Positions 27,127 through 36,991 of a stretch of DNA of 64,000 nucleotides are shown piece by piece (the first letter of the stretch is position 1; the number at the start of each line of letters is the position of its first letter). The stretch covers positions 315,111 through 379,110 of the forward strand of contig CALKWN010000065.1 in NCBI GenBank assembly GCA_938004185.1, written 5' to 3'. The notes beneath the pieces were generated by a model that made no database searches, had not been told where the DNA came from, and saw only the letters and a program-made list of their open reading frames with translations. The stretch comes from an uncultured candidate division WWE3 bacterium (GTDB lineage Bacteria; Patescibacteriota; WWE3; UBA101185; UBA10185). The translations under genes were made by a program, and so were the position numbers.

Positions 27127-30000
27127 TTAACCTACTTTTCGGATCGAAAAATCTTCTCCGGCCTCTATGGATTTGGCCTGGATTTTTTTAGAAATGTCGT
27201 CGTAGAAAAGCTCGATTACCTTCTCCGTATCGTCATCTTTTTCGTAAGTAACTTCGATCGTATCTCCCACTACAAGACCCATTTCTTTTCTTTTTTCCTG
27301 CACTTTTCTTACAAACTCGCGAGCCATTCCTTCCATTTTTAACTGTTCGTTTATGTTTAAATCCAATCCTACTGTAACATTTGAAAAGGACACCGAAGCG
27401 AGGTCGCCTGATACCGAATCAACGTACTGCACATCCTTAACATTCACCTCATCTTGCACAAGCAAGGAAAGCTCAGGATGGGACACGCTCAATCCCGCTA
27501 CCACAATTTTTGATAAGGGCTGACGAACCGAAATTTTTCGGTCGCTTCTTATTGAAAGACCGTATGAAACCAGTTCTCTGACATTTTTCATCTCATCTAT
27601 AAGAGACCTGTTTAACTCGACAAAAGCAGGATCGTGATCGGGATATTTTTCAAGGTGAACTGATTCTTCTCTTAGGTTTGGAGAAAACTTTTTCAAAAGC
27701 TGGTAAATGCTTTCAGTCATAAACGGTATTACCGGAGCCGCCGCTTCACAAAAATTTCTTAAAACATAGAAAAGCGTGCCTATTGCTTCCTCGTCTCCTG
27801 CTGAAATTCTTTCTCTAGATCTTCGCACATACCACCTGGACAGGTCGTCGACAAATTCTTCAACTGCCCTTGCCGATTGAGGAATATAGTATGTCTCCAA
27901 ACTTTCAGATATTGTTTTTACAACTTCGTGCAACCTCGCCGTTATCCAAATATCCAAAATGTTCTCGGATTTGAACTCACCTTTATCTTTCCAGTCGAAT
28001 GCCGATGCGTAGGTTTCGAAATACTTTGCCGAATTCCACAATGGATTCATTACATTTCTGAGTTTAGTCCTTAACTCGGCCTCTTCGAAATTTGCATTTT
28101 CACCAACCATGAGAGGCGAACCCATCAGATAAAGTCTGAGAGAATCTCCTCCGTAGGTTTCGATTACTACCTTGGGATCGGTATAGTTGTTAAATGTCTT
28201 GCTCATTTTTCTTCCGTCAGAACCTGCCATAACTCCTGTTGAGATAACATTTTTAAATGAGTTACTATCGAACACCGCGGTTGAAAGTATGTGCATAACA
28301 TTAAACCACGCTCTTACTTGAGCAATATATTCGACAATGTAATCTCCGGGAAAGTTAGCTTCAAATTTTTCCTTATTTTCAAAAGGGTAATGAATTTGGC
28401 ACCATGGCATAGAACCTGCATCCAGCCATGAATCTAAAACCTCAGTTCTTCTTTTAAATTCTTTTCCGTCTTTTTTTATAACAATTCTATCGATAAAAGG
28501 CCTGTGTAAATCCTCAACCTTCTGGCCCGATAATTCTTCCAATTCTTTTACTGAAGAAATTACTATTCTCTCACCGTCTTCTGCCTCCCAAACCGGCATG
28601 GGAGTAGCCCAATATCTGTTTCTTGATATACACCAATCAGGTTGCTGAACAATGTTCTGTCCGAACCTGCCGTTTTTTAAATGATTTGGAATCCAATTTA
28701 TCTCCTCGTTTAGCTCGGACATTCTTTCTTTTAAAGAGGCTACATTTACAAACCAGCTGTGTTGGGCTCTTTGTATAAGTAGAGTGTCGCATCTGTCGTG
28801 ATATGGGAATCTGTGAGTTACTTTTTCGTTTTTGAATAGCAATCCTGCAGATTCAAGATCGGTTATTAGGGAGGGGTCGGCGTCTTTGTAAAACATTCCG
28901 CTATAAGGATTGGTTTCACCGTCACCCGGAATAAATTTTCCCTCATCGTCTATTGTTAGCATTAGTGTAAGACCGAAGTGTTTTCCCATTTCCGAGTCTA
29001 TTTCACCGAAGCCAGGGGCACTGTGAACAATTCCGGTTCCTTCGTCCATAGTCGCCATTCCGTCATAGTGGTAAATTTCAAATTCCCCTTCCTTACCTTT
29101 GTAATATTTAAAAGGCGGATCGTATTTTAGTCCGACAAGATCGCTGCCCTTTACTGTTTTTAGTACTTTGTATTCTTTTTCTACAAAAACTTCAGCTAAA
29201 CGGAGGTTTGCCGCTACATACTTTTCTTTTTCACATTCAACAAGAGAGTAATCGGCATCTTTATCTAGCACCAATGCCCTATTTGACGGAACAGTCCATG
29301 GGGTGGTTGTCCAGGCCAAAACAAAAACATCTTTAAATTCTCCCTCGCTTAAAATTTTAAATTTTACGGTTATGGCAGGATCTTCAACGTCCTTATACGA
29401 GTTATCCATCGCAACTTCAAAGTTAGACACCGGAGTTCCGCATTTAGTACAAAATAGTGACGTTCTTATACCTTCGTAAACCAATCCCTTATCGTAAAGC
29501 TGTTTGAAAGTCCACATAACGGATTCCATATATTCTTTGTTCGTTGTCCTATAGGCATTTTTTATATCGACCCACCTTCCTATTTTATTAACATACCAGT
29601 CCCACTCGGCTGAAACATCACGCGTATAGTTGTAGCATTCTTCGGCAAATCTTTGTAAACCGAACTTTTCAATATCGCGTCTGTTTTTTATCCCGAACTT
29701 TTTTTGAACCTTATTTTCGACTGTCAGACCGTGGGCATCCCAACCCCAAACTCTTTCGACTCTTTTTCCTTTCATTGTCTGAAACCTGGGAATTACATCT
29801 TTGGCAATAGACCCGAGCAAATGTCCGTAATGCGGAAGTCCTGAGATAAAGGGCGGACCGTCATAAAAAACGTACAAGTTTTCTTTAGGATTTTTTTCTA
29901 CAGACTTTTCAAAAATTTTGTTATCAAGCCAAAAACTCAAAACCTGTTCTTCCATTTGGGGAATTGTTAAGTTTTCTTTTTTATCACGATCTTTGGTCAT
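27127..30000 (-). CDS. ileS: Isoleucine--tRNA ligase
   Basis: HIGH-type motif (PHYGHLLG), KMSKT (GRKMSKTFNNY), CP1 editing region. 957 aa. Confidence 0.93.
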   Translation of the reverse strand: MTKDRDKKENLTIPQMEEQVLSFWLDNKIFEKSVEKNPKENLYVFYDGPPFISGLPHYGHLLGSIAKDVIPRFQTMKGKRVERVWGWDAHGLTVENKVQKKFGIKNRRDIEKFGLQRFAEECYNYTRDVSAEWDWYVNKIGRWVDIKNAYRTTNKEYMESVMWTFKQLYDKGLVYEGIRTSLFCTKCGTPVSNFEVAMDNSYKDVEDPAITVKFKILSEGEFKDVFVLAWTTTPWTVPSNRALVLDKDADYSLVECEKEKYVAANLRLAEVFVEKEYKVLKTVKGSDLVGLKYDPPFKYYKGKEGEFEIYHYDGMATMDEGTGIVHSAPGFGEIDSEMGKHFGLTLMLTIDDEGKFIPGDGETNPYSGMFYKDADPSLITDLESAGLLFKNEKVTHRFPYHDRCDTLLIQRAQHSWFVNVASLKERMSELNEEINWIPNHLKNGRFGQNIVQQPDWCISRNRYWATPMPVWEAEDGERIVISSVKELEELSGQKVEDLHRPFIDRIVIKKDGKEFKRRTEVLDSWLDAGSMPWCQIHYPFENKEKFEANFPGDYIVEYIAQVRAWFNVMHILSTAVFDSNSFKNVISTGVMAGSDGRKMSKTFNNYTDPKVVIETYGGDSLRLYLMGSPLMVGENANFEEAELRTKLRNVMNPLWNSAKYFETYASAFDWKDKGEFKSENILDIWITARLHEVVKTISESLETYYIPQSARAVEEFVDDLSRWYVRRSRERISAGDEEAIGTLFYVLRNFCEAAAPVIPFMTESIYQLLKKFSPNLREESVHLEKYPDHDPAFVELNRSLIDEMKNVRELVSYGLSIRSDRKISVRQPLSKIVVAGLSVSHPELSLLVQDEVNVKDVQYVDSVSGDLASVSFSNVTVGLDLNINEQLKMEGMAREFVRKVQEKRKEMGLVVGDTIEVTYEKDDDTEKVIELFYDDISKKIQAKSIEAGEDFSIRKVG

Positions 30001-30015
30001 AACAAAGAAATTTTA

Positions 30016-30150
30016 TCAAATTTGGGGCGCTTCGTTACCAATCTGCTCGGAAAAATAAATGTCGTTTACGTGGGCACGGTGCACAAGAAGACCTATCAAA
30101 CCTGACATTATTAAAATTAGCAATAAAAGTAGTAGGTAGGTTTTTTTCAT
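30016..30150 (-). CDS. Candidate 44-aa hydrophobic peptide translationally coupled to the PduO-like gene (ATGA overlap)
   Basis: Hand-translated: MKKTYLLLLLLILIMSGLIGLLVHRAHVNDIYFSEQIGNEAPQI. Its ATG overlaps the TGA stop of the upstream gene. Below the ORF-track size cut-off. Confidence 0.3.
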   Translation of the reverse strand: MKKTYLLLLLLILIMSGLIGLLVHRAHVNDIYFSEQIGNEAPQI

Positions 30151-30698
30151 TTTATTGGTTTCCAAAGTCTTTCCTCTCTAGAAAGTTCCATATTCACGTA
30201 TCTTGCCAAAACAAACAACAGGTCTGAAAGTCTGTTTATGTAAGGAAGAAGAAACCTCAATGATTTCTTTCCACCCTTGTTTATGTATGAAACAAAAGTT
30301 CTTTCAAGAGATCTCACCTTTACACGCGCCAGGTGAATCTGCGAAGCGGCCTCCGATCCTCCGGGTATTATAAAGGACTTGATTTCAGGCAACTGTCTTT
30401 GAAAGATGTCTATCTGGTCTTCTAAGTACCGTGTTTTCTTTTCCCATTCTCCGGCAGCTTCCTTTTTTAGCTTTAATCCTGCGATATACGCCCCGATCAT
30501 AAACAAATCTTCCTGCGTAGCTTCTAAAACCGGCACCGTTCGGCTTTTCTTTAGTGAAGACAACGCACACCCTAGTATCGCGTTTATTTCATCTGCGGTG
30601 CCAAGAAGCTCAAAAACCGGCTTTGATTTGAGTATCCGCTTTTTTGTTCCTAACAGGGATGACTTACCGGCGTCGCCATCTTTTGTGTATATCTGCAT
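30147..30698 (-). CDS. PduO-type ATP:cob(I)alamin adenosyltransferase
   Basis: N-terminal IYTKDGDAGKSSL and a helical-bundle family length (183 aa). Immediately downstream of nrdJ. Confidence 0.8.
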   Translation of the reverse strand: MQIYTKDGDAGKSSLLGTKKRILKSKPVFELLGTADEINAILGCALSSLKKSRTVPVLEATQEDLFMIGAYIAGLKLKKEAAGEWEKKTRYLEDQIDIFQRQLPEIKSFIIPGGSEAASQIHLARVKVRSLERTFVSYINKGGKKSLRFLLPYINRLSDLLFVLARYVNMELSREERLWKPIK

Positions 30699-30713
30699 AC
30701 TATGATGATACCA

Positions 30714-33242
30714 CTAACACCTGCTATATCCGCACTGGTAGCACTTAGCGCAACCTTCTTCCAGGACAAGTGTATAATTTCCGCATTCCGGGCACATATC
30801 GGTGTTGGAGAATACCTGCGATGGGGACTGCTGCCTATCCTCTACTGTTGTACCCCCGTTTCCGCCCTCATTTCCTCCTTCATCACCGTTCTTACTGCCG
30901 TTTTCCTTTACGGTAAAACCAAATTCTTCGGCTAAAACCTTCGCGACGGCGTCCGGTAAAGAACTGACTCTATTTTTACCGAATCCGATGGATTTTGACC
31001 CACCTATTCCTGCTAGTTGAACTATTATTTCGCGAACAATTTCAAGATTGAAGTGGGGCATTCTGAGCCAACCGGACAAAAGACGACCTAATCCTTCGGC
31101 TAAGGCGGCAACATCACTACCTGCTTTCCCGACGTTTAAAAATACCTCAAGAGGTCTGCCTGAATCATCTTTATTGATTGTAATAAAAGCGTTTCCCTGA
31201 GGTGTTTTTACCTTATATGTTGTTCCGCTAAGCTTATATCCCCTGGTAATAAGTATCTCTTCTATAGATTTATCCTGGCTGGATAAATGTATCTCTTTAT
31301 TAATCGGTTCTGATGGCGTTTCTTTTGAATCCTTGGTCTCTTTCTGATCTTTTGTTGATTTTGTCTCCAATACTACTTCCTGCCTACTGCCTGTAACGTA
31401 AACTGTTAAACCCTTACATCCGGTCTGCCATCCCAGCATATAAACCTTGGCGACATCTTCTTTTGTGGCACCTTCCGGAAAGTTGCATGTCTTGGATATT
31501 GAATTATCAACAAAAGCCTGAATTGAAGCCTGTGTAAGTATGTGTTCTTCCGGGGTAACCTCGGCAGAAACGACAAAAGTATTTCGTACACTCTCCGGCA
31601 ACTCTAAGATGCCTCTGCATGTTCCGGTTTCAATTACCCTATCAATTATTGATTTTTTCATTTCTTCGGAAAAGTTCAGTTTATCTAAAGCTTTCTGGAA
31701 AAAGGGGCTCACGTAAGCAAGGGTCATCTTTCCCTCATCTCCGGCGCTCTGGTAAACATTCCTGTAGTAAGCCAAAGCAAAAACCGGTTCACATCCGTAG
31801 CCTTCAACGCCTGCAACAGTAGAAATTGTACCTGTGGGAGCAATGGTGGCCTGAGCACCGTTTCTAATACCGTAGAGCTTTATTCCGTCCAAAATCGAGT
31901 CCCAGTTAATCCAGGGTCGGCCGAAATTCCTTTTATACTCTTTTATCGGTTTTGGGGGTGCCCATTTTAGGTTTTCCGGATCATAAATACTTCCATGGAT
32001 TTTTCTAAACGGCCCCCTTTCTTTTGCTAGCTCAATAGAGGCTCTCATAGAATGGAATCTAATAAATTCCGAAACCTGGGCGGCAAACTCCTGACCTTCT
32101 TCGCTGCCGTATCTTATACCCAAAGAGTACATAGCATCCGCCAAAGCCATAAAACCGAGTCCTATTCTTCTGACGTCCATGGCCGCATCTTTTATCTCCG
32201 GAACAGCAGGTATGTACCTATTGGCTTCTACGACATTATCCAAAAATCTTGTAGCCGATATTACGGTCTTTTCAAGTTCTTCCCAGTTTAGTCTTCCGTC
32301 TTCAGTAAGATGCTCTGCCAGGTTTATGGATCCTAAACAACAGTTTTCGTAAGGTCCCAGCCACTGCTCACCGCAGGGATTTGTTGCTTCTAACTCGTAC
32401 ATGTGCGGAACCGGGTTTTCTTTGTTTGCCGTATCTATAAATAAAACACCGGGCTCTCCGTTTCTGTGCGCGCACTCTACAATCAAGTCAAATATTTCTC
32501 TTGCCCTTGGCGTTTCCGCCACTTTTTTTGTATGAGGATCTATTAATTCATAGGTTGTATCGTTTTTTACGGCCTCCATAAACACATCGGTAAGAGCAAC
32601 TGACAAGTTAAAATTGGATATTGTACCTTCAACTGCTTTTGAGGCAATAAAATCTCTTATATCCGGGTGGTCCACTCTTAAAACACCCATATTTGCCCCT
32701 CTTCTGACACCTCCTTGAGCTATTTCTCCGAAGGCGGCATCATATACCTTTAAAAATCCTACGGGTCCTGTGGCAACACCGTTGCTCGCCGAAACCCTCG
32801 ACCCTTTAGGTCTTAGCCTTGTAAAAGAAAATCCGTTTCCTCCGCCGCTTTGCTGGATTAAAGACGCAACTCTAAGGGTAGAAAAAATACCGTCCTTCTG
32901 CTTTCCCAAATCGTCTGCTATTGGAAGAACGAAGCAGGCAGCTAACTGGCCCAAAGGAGTTCCTGCACCTGTAAAGGTGGGCGAGTTCGGAAAAAATTTT
33001 TTGGTAGAAAGTAAGTTGTAAAATTCTATTTTAGATCTCTCTACATCAGCGTACGGTCTGTCGGGCTCAGCCATAATATTAGAGATGCGTTCAAACATCT
33101 GCTCAGGAGTTTCGCTTACCTGACCATTTTCATCTCGTCTAAGATATCTTTTCTCAAGAATCTTTGCAGCGTTATCAGAAAATTCAATATACTGGTTTTT
33201 GGAGAAAGCAGACGCATCTTCACGGTAGAGAAAACTACTCAT
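30714..33242 (-). CDS. nrdJ: Class II (adenosylcobalamin-dependent) ribonucleotide reductase
   Basis: Monomeric NrdJ-length protein with the conserved N-terminal region. C-terminal CPECG...CAKCYQCGYSRC zinc ribbon. A Gly/Asn-rich low-complexity insert near the C-terminus. Confidence 0.88.
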   Translation of the reverse strand: MSSFLYREDASAFSKNQYIEFSDNAAKILEKRYLRRDENGQVSETPEQMFERISNIMAEPDRPYADVERSKIEFYNLLSTKKFFPNSPTFTGAGTPLGQLAACFVLPIADDLGKQKDGIFSTLRVASLIQQSGGGNGFSFTRLRPKGSRVSASNGVATGPVGFLKVYDAAFGEIAQGGVRRGANMGVLRVDHPDIRDFIASKAVEGTISNFNLSVALTDVFMEAVKNDTTYELIDPHTKKVAETPRAREIFDLIVECAHRNGEPGVLFIDTANKENPVPHMYELEATNPCGEQWLGPYENCCLGSINLAEHLTEDGRLNWEELEKTVISATRFLDNVVEANRYIPAVPEIKDAAMDVRRIGLGFMALADAMYSLGIRYGSEEGQEFAAQVSEFIRFHSMRASIELAKERGPFRKIHGSIYDPENLKWAPPKPIKEYKRNFGRPWINWDSILDGIKLYGIRNGAQATIAPTGTISTVAGVEGYGCEPVFALAYYRNVYQSAGDEGKMTLAYVSPFFQKALDKLNFSEEMKKSIIDRVIETGTCRGILELPESVRNTFVVSAEVTPEEHILTQASIQAFVDNSISKTCNFPEGATKEDVAKVYMLGWQTGCKGLTVYVTGSRQEVVLETKSTKDQKETKDSKETPSEPINKEIHLSSQDKSIEEILITRGYKLSGTTYKVKTPQGNAFITINKDDSGRPLEVFLNVGKAGSDVAALAEGLGRLLSGWLRMPHFNLEIVREIIVQLAGIGGSKSIGFGKNRVSSLPDAVAKVLAEEFGFTVKENGSKNGDEGGNEGGNGGTTVEDRQQSPSQVFSNTDMCPECGNYTLVLEEGCAKCYQCGYSRC

Positions 33243-33551
33243 AATAATTTATGAGTCTCACAAGCCGGCAACCTTTCACTGCCCGAAGCAAAAATTGTCG
33301 GAACGCGAGACTGTATGAACTAAATACTGCTTAGTAAATGAAATCAAAAAAACGGAAAATATACAAGGAAATCTTCGTTAGGATATTAGAACAATCTGTT
33401 GATTTTATAAAGAGAAATTTTTGTGAATGTTGAGATACCGCAATTTTAAAAATTTGGTAGGTCGGGAGATGCTTTTATAAAAATTTTCCGGCAACCGCTG
33501 TGAAAAAGGCTTGGGCTTACTTCTGCCTCAAATTCTATTTCTGTCTCAGAT
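33243..33551 (-). promoter_or_regulatory. Unusually long (~310 nt) leader/intergenic region upstream of nrdJ with a GUCUC...GAGAC-closed structure next to the start codon
   Basis: No ORF. Hairpins sit just 5' of the AUG. No B12 box or NrdR box could be recognised by eye. Confidence 0.3.
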
Positions 33552-34739
33552 TTACTTCTGTCTTAAAAATGTAGGTATATCAAACCCGGTTCCGTAATCT
33601 TCCTCTTCGGCATCATCGGGTTTCCACATATCCGCAGGCAGTTTGGGTTTTTTCTCTTCAGTAACCGGTGTTTCCGGCTTTACTGGCTGCATTATAGGAG
33701 GTTGAACAGGAGTTTCAGGTTTGGGTCTATTCTGTACTTGGCTGTAGTGCTTTTCCACATATCCGGCCACAGAATCATCTTCTTCAGGAACCTCAAAACC
33801 GGTTGCAATTACCGTTATCTTAAGCTGACCTGCAAGTTCATCGTCTATGGATGTACCGAAAATGATATCAGCTTCTTCATTTGCAATACTCCTAATAATA
33901 TTTGCCGCTCTGTCTACTTCTCTCATTGTAAGATCGGGCCCGCCCGAAATATTGAACAATATGCCTTTTGCTCCCTCAACGGATTGCTCCAGCAAAGGAG
34001 AAGATATTGCCGCTCTGGCTGCAACTTCAGCACGATTCTCTCCGGTACCTATACCTATGCCCATTAGTGCAGTCCCGGCGTCCTTCATAATAGTTTTAAC
34101 ATCCGCGAAATCTACATTAATAAGTCCCGGCATGACAATCAAATCAGAAATACCCTGTACACCTTGGTTTAAAACGCTGTCCGACAACCTAAAGGCATCT
34201 ATTATGGACATATCTTCGTCAGCAACTTCTAATAGCTTCTGGTTCGGAATAGTAATAAGAGCATCCACTTCTTTTCTAAGTTCTTCCATGCCTCTGTCGG
34301 CAGCACGCATTCTCTGTATACCTTCGAAATGAAAAGGTTTCGTTACAACCCCTATGGTAAGGGCACCCGACTCTTTGGCGACCTTTGCAACAACAGGAGA
34401 TGCCCCGGTACCTGTACCGCCACCCAAACCTGCAGTTATAAACACCATGTTTGCACCCTCGAGATTATTTTTTATCAGATCCATAGATTCTTCGGCCGCT
34501 TTCTTTCCGATTTCAGGATTAGATCCTGCACCCAGACCCTGTGTAAGTTCTTGACCGATAGGTATTTTTATTACTGCTTTGTTTATGGAAAGATCTTGGG
34601 CGTCTGTGTTAATTGCAACAAACTCAACACCCCTTATCTGATTGGACTCGATCATCGAGTTTATTACGTTTCCGCCGGCACCGCCGACACCGACGACGCG
34701 AATTTTTGCAAATCGTTCTATTTCTGGTTTAACTTGCAT
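33552..34739 (-). CDS. ftsZ: Cell division GTPase FtsZ
   Basis: GGGTGTG tubulin signature. Pro/Glu-rich C-terminal linker. Confidence 0.95.
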   Translation of the reverse strand: MQVKPEIERFAKIRVVGVGGAGGNVINSMIESNQIRGVEFVAINTDAQDLSINKAVIKIPIGQELTQGLGAGSNPEIGKKAAEESMDLIKNNLEGANMVFITAGLGGGTGTGASPVVAKVAKESGALTIGVVTKPFHFEGIQRMRAADRGMEELRKEVDALITIPNQKLLEVADEDMSIIDAFRLSDSVLNQGVQGISDLIVMPGLINVDFADVKTIMKDAGTALMGIGIGTGENRAEVAARAAISSPLLEQSVEGAKGILFNISGGPDLTMREVDRAANIIRSIANEEADIIFGTSIDDELAGQLKITVIATGFEVPEEDDSVAGYVEKHYSQVQNRPKPETPVQPPIMQPVKPETPVTEEKKPKLPADMWKPDDAEEEDYGTGFDIPTFLRQK

Positions 34740-34845
34740 TGCCTTTACACCGATCGGAAAAATAGTTTCCGAAACGGTACTGACATAATACCAAATTTAT
34801 TTATCAACACTTAATTTTTTAGGGCAGTTAAAAATTCTACTATAC

Positions 34846-34874
34846 AAAAAACCCTAAAAACTTTCTTTTTAGGG
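34846..34874 (-). terminator. Intrinsic terminator/attenuator between ftsA and ftsZ, overlapping the ftsA stop codon
   Basis: Minus-strand RNA: CCCUAAAAA-gaaag-UUUUUAGGG followed by U6. The ftsA UAA lies within the 5' stem. A second CUGCCCUAAAAA copy follows 24 nt downstream. Confidence 0.5.
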
Positions 34875-36125
34875 CAGAAAAGATTTAAGTTTACCGAAAA
34901 TCTTAAAAAAACTTTTGTTCATATTACCCCTCTTGTCATCAAAAGACAATAACTGACTGCCTCTAAAAAGTTTTACGCCGTACAAAACAGCTCCTACTCC
35001 GGCAGAAGAAGAGGGACCCTGAATTTCATCTATTAACCCCGTCACACCTCTCGGAATTCCTAAACGTACGGGCATTTTTAAATTTAACTTGGCATTTCTT
35101 TCTACATTTGCAGTGAGGGCACCGCCCCCCGTAATTACAACACCAGCTGGTAACTTACCTGTCAGATTAACTTTCTGAACTTCCAGAGCAATAAGTCTGA
35201 AAATTTCTTCCAGGCGTGCATCAAGAATCTTGTAAAGCATTTGTCTGGGAAGACGGTCGATCTCGAGACCGAATTCTGAAACATCAAAATCCTCATCTTT
35301 TTTTACGGCATCTGAATTTTTTGAAATTGCGGCTTCGTTGCTGAGCCTTATTTTTATGCGTTCGGCGTCCTCTAAACGGGATCTTAGTCCTATGGCCAAA
35401 TCACTCGTAATAAGCTTTCCGCCTATCGGAAGAACGGCTGAGTGAACCGGACTTCCGTCGAGAAATGCAATCATTGAGGTAGTACCGCCCCCTATATCAA
35501 CCAACAAAGTACCGAGCTCTTTTTCCGTATCAGTCAGTACAGCTTCTGCTGAAGCTACACCCGTGTATACCATTTCTTCGACGTTTACTCCAACCTGATT
35601 AACACATTTCAAAATGTTTCTTAAAGCTATGGAAGCGCCGTGAATAATGTTGGTTTCAACCTCTAACCTTACACCTGACATGCCGACAGGATCTTTTATA
35701 CCTTCCTGAGAATCTATTGAAAAATCTCTTGGAATAACATGGATGATCTCGCGTGTAGAGGGAAGGGAAACCGCCTGTGCCGCCTCAATAACTCTCGTAA
35801 CATCTTCTTTTGATATCTCGCTGGTCTGGCTCGGAGAGACAGCAACAACACCATGCGAATTAAGGGTTTCTATATGGCCTCCGTTTATGGTCACAAAAGC
35901 ACTTGAAACCGAAACGCCGGCCATTCTTTCAGCCTTCTCTATGCTGGCAGCAATAGCCTCAACTGCGCTATCGATATCAACAACATTTCCTTTATTTACA
36001 CCTTTTGAAGGAACTTCGCCCGAAACACCTATTACAGACACCTTCGACTCAGAGACCGATGCGATGGTCGTACCCACCTTAGTGGAGCCGATGTCTATTC
36101 CTGTAATTATCTTTTCTTTGGGCAT
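34869..36125 (-). CDS. ftsA: Cell division protein FtsA
   Basis: Actin-like ATPase motifs (GIDIGSTKV, DIGGGTT). Confidence 0.92.
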   Translation of the reverse strand: MPKEKIITGIDIGSTKVGTTIASVSESKVSVIGVSGEVPSKGVNKGNVVDIDSAVEAIAASIEKAERMAGVSVSSAFVTINGGHIETLNSHGVVAVSPSQTSEISKEDVTRVIEAAQAVSLPSTREIIHVIPRDFSIDSQEGIKDPVGMSGVRLEVETNIIHGASIALRNILKCVNQVGVNVEEMVYTGVASAEAVLTDTEKELGTLLVDIGGGTTSMIAFLDGSPVHSAVLPIGGKLITSDLAIGLRSRLEDAERIKIRLSNEAAISKNSDAVKKDEDFDVSEFGLEIDRLPRQMLYKILDARLEEIFRLIALEVQKVNLTGKLPAGVVITGGGALTANVERNAKLNLKMPVRLGIPRGVTGLIDEIQGPSSSAGVGAVLYGVKLFRGSQLLSFDDKRGNMNKSFFKIFGKLKSFLP

Positions 36126-36139
36126 ATTGCGGTTAAAAC

Positions 36140-36991
36140 CTACTCATATAATACTATTACTTTATCATATCGTAAATCAATTTTAATTACGGATTTTCCC
36201 TCGAGAAGGAGATTTTTATATATCTTTTCCAACTTTTTAACTGACTCTGATACATTTTTCAAATTACTTATGAATATCTCTGTAGGCCCCAAATAAAGCT
36301 TTGAGTACCTTTCGCTGAAACTTACACTACTTACATCAAGCCCGGCCTGACCGGCTTCGGTCAAAATTTCAACACTAACCGGCACTATGTTAGCCTCTAA
36401 AAAAGTACCGACATTAATATCCCCGCTATAGACTATAAGAGGCAGTCCCATGAATTCCTCGGATACTTCTCCTAAAACGTAACCCTCAACATCGATAAGA
36501 TAGTAAGGATTGTCTTTTCCTTTACTGATAATAGCTAATGGCACCCTTTCGTCTATTTTTATTACCAAATTATCCGGATAGTCTACTGATACATCAATAT
36601 TTTTTGCACCGAGAAAATTTGATTTTAATGTTTCTGCAATCTCAGAAGAGTTTAGAAAAAAAATACTGTGCCCTCCCATTTTCTGATAAACCATGCTGTT
36701 AAAATCTTCCACATTTACGAAAGTGCCTCCTCCTATTACCGATATATTTTTAACTGTGAATTTAGGATTTAAATAAATATACTGATACAAAAAGTAGCCT
36801 ATAAACCCAAGTGTTAAAAAAACAATAACTATCTTAATAATAATTCGGTATTTTCTGGCAAGGACACGTGGGTTTCTAATACCTCTTTTTCTTCCTCTTA
36901 TCTTATTTAATAAGATCTGGTTCCCGCTGGTTTGTACAGGATATTTTTTACTGCCCAGATTTTTTCTTGAGCTTAATGGTTTCATTGGCAA
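36140..36991 (-). CDS. ftsQ: Cell division protein FtsQ/DivIB (POTRA)
   Basis: Basic N-terminus, single TM, POTRA-like region. Position between murG and ftsA. Confidence 0.75.
   Translation of the reverse strand: MPMKPLSSRKNLGSKKYPVQTSGNQILLNKIRGRKRGIRNPRVLARKYRIIIKIVIVFLTLGFIGYFLYQYIYLNPKFTVKNISVIGGGTFVNVEDFNSMVYQKMGGHSIFFLNSSEIAETLKSNFLGAKNIDVSVDYPDNLVIKIDERVPLAIISKGKDNPYYLIDVEGYVLGEVSEEFMGLPLIVYSGDINVGTFLEANIVPVSVEILTEAGQAGLDVSSVSFSERYSKLYLGPTEIFISNLKNVSESVKKLEKIYKNLLLEGKSVIKIDLRYDKVIVLYE

Noticed and set aside
33243-33551. Cobalamin riboswitch upstream of nrdJ
   Set aside because: I could not find the B12 box (AGYCMGGAAGRCCUGCC-like) or GCCACUG core by eye. Kept only as a long structured leader to be tested with Rfam.
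34815-34874. CRISPR-like repeats (TTTTTAGGGCAG x2, plus an inverted copy) between ftsA and ftsZ
   Set aside because: Only two direct copies with a 24-nt spacer, no further units and no cas genes. Better explained as terminator/alternative-pairing elements.
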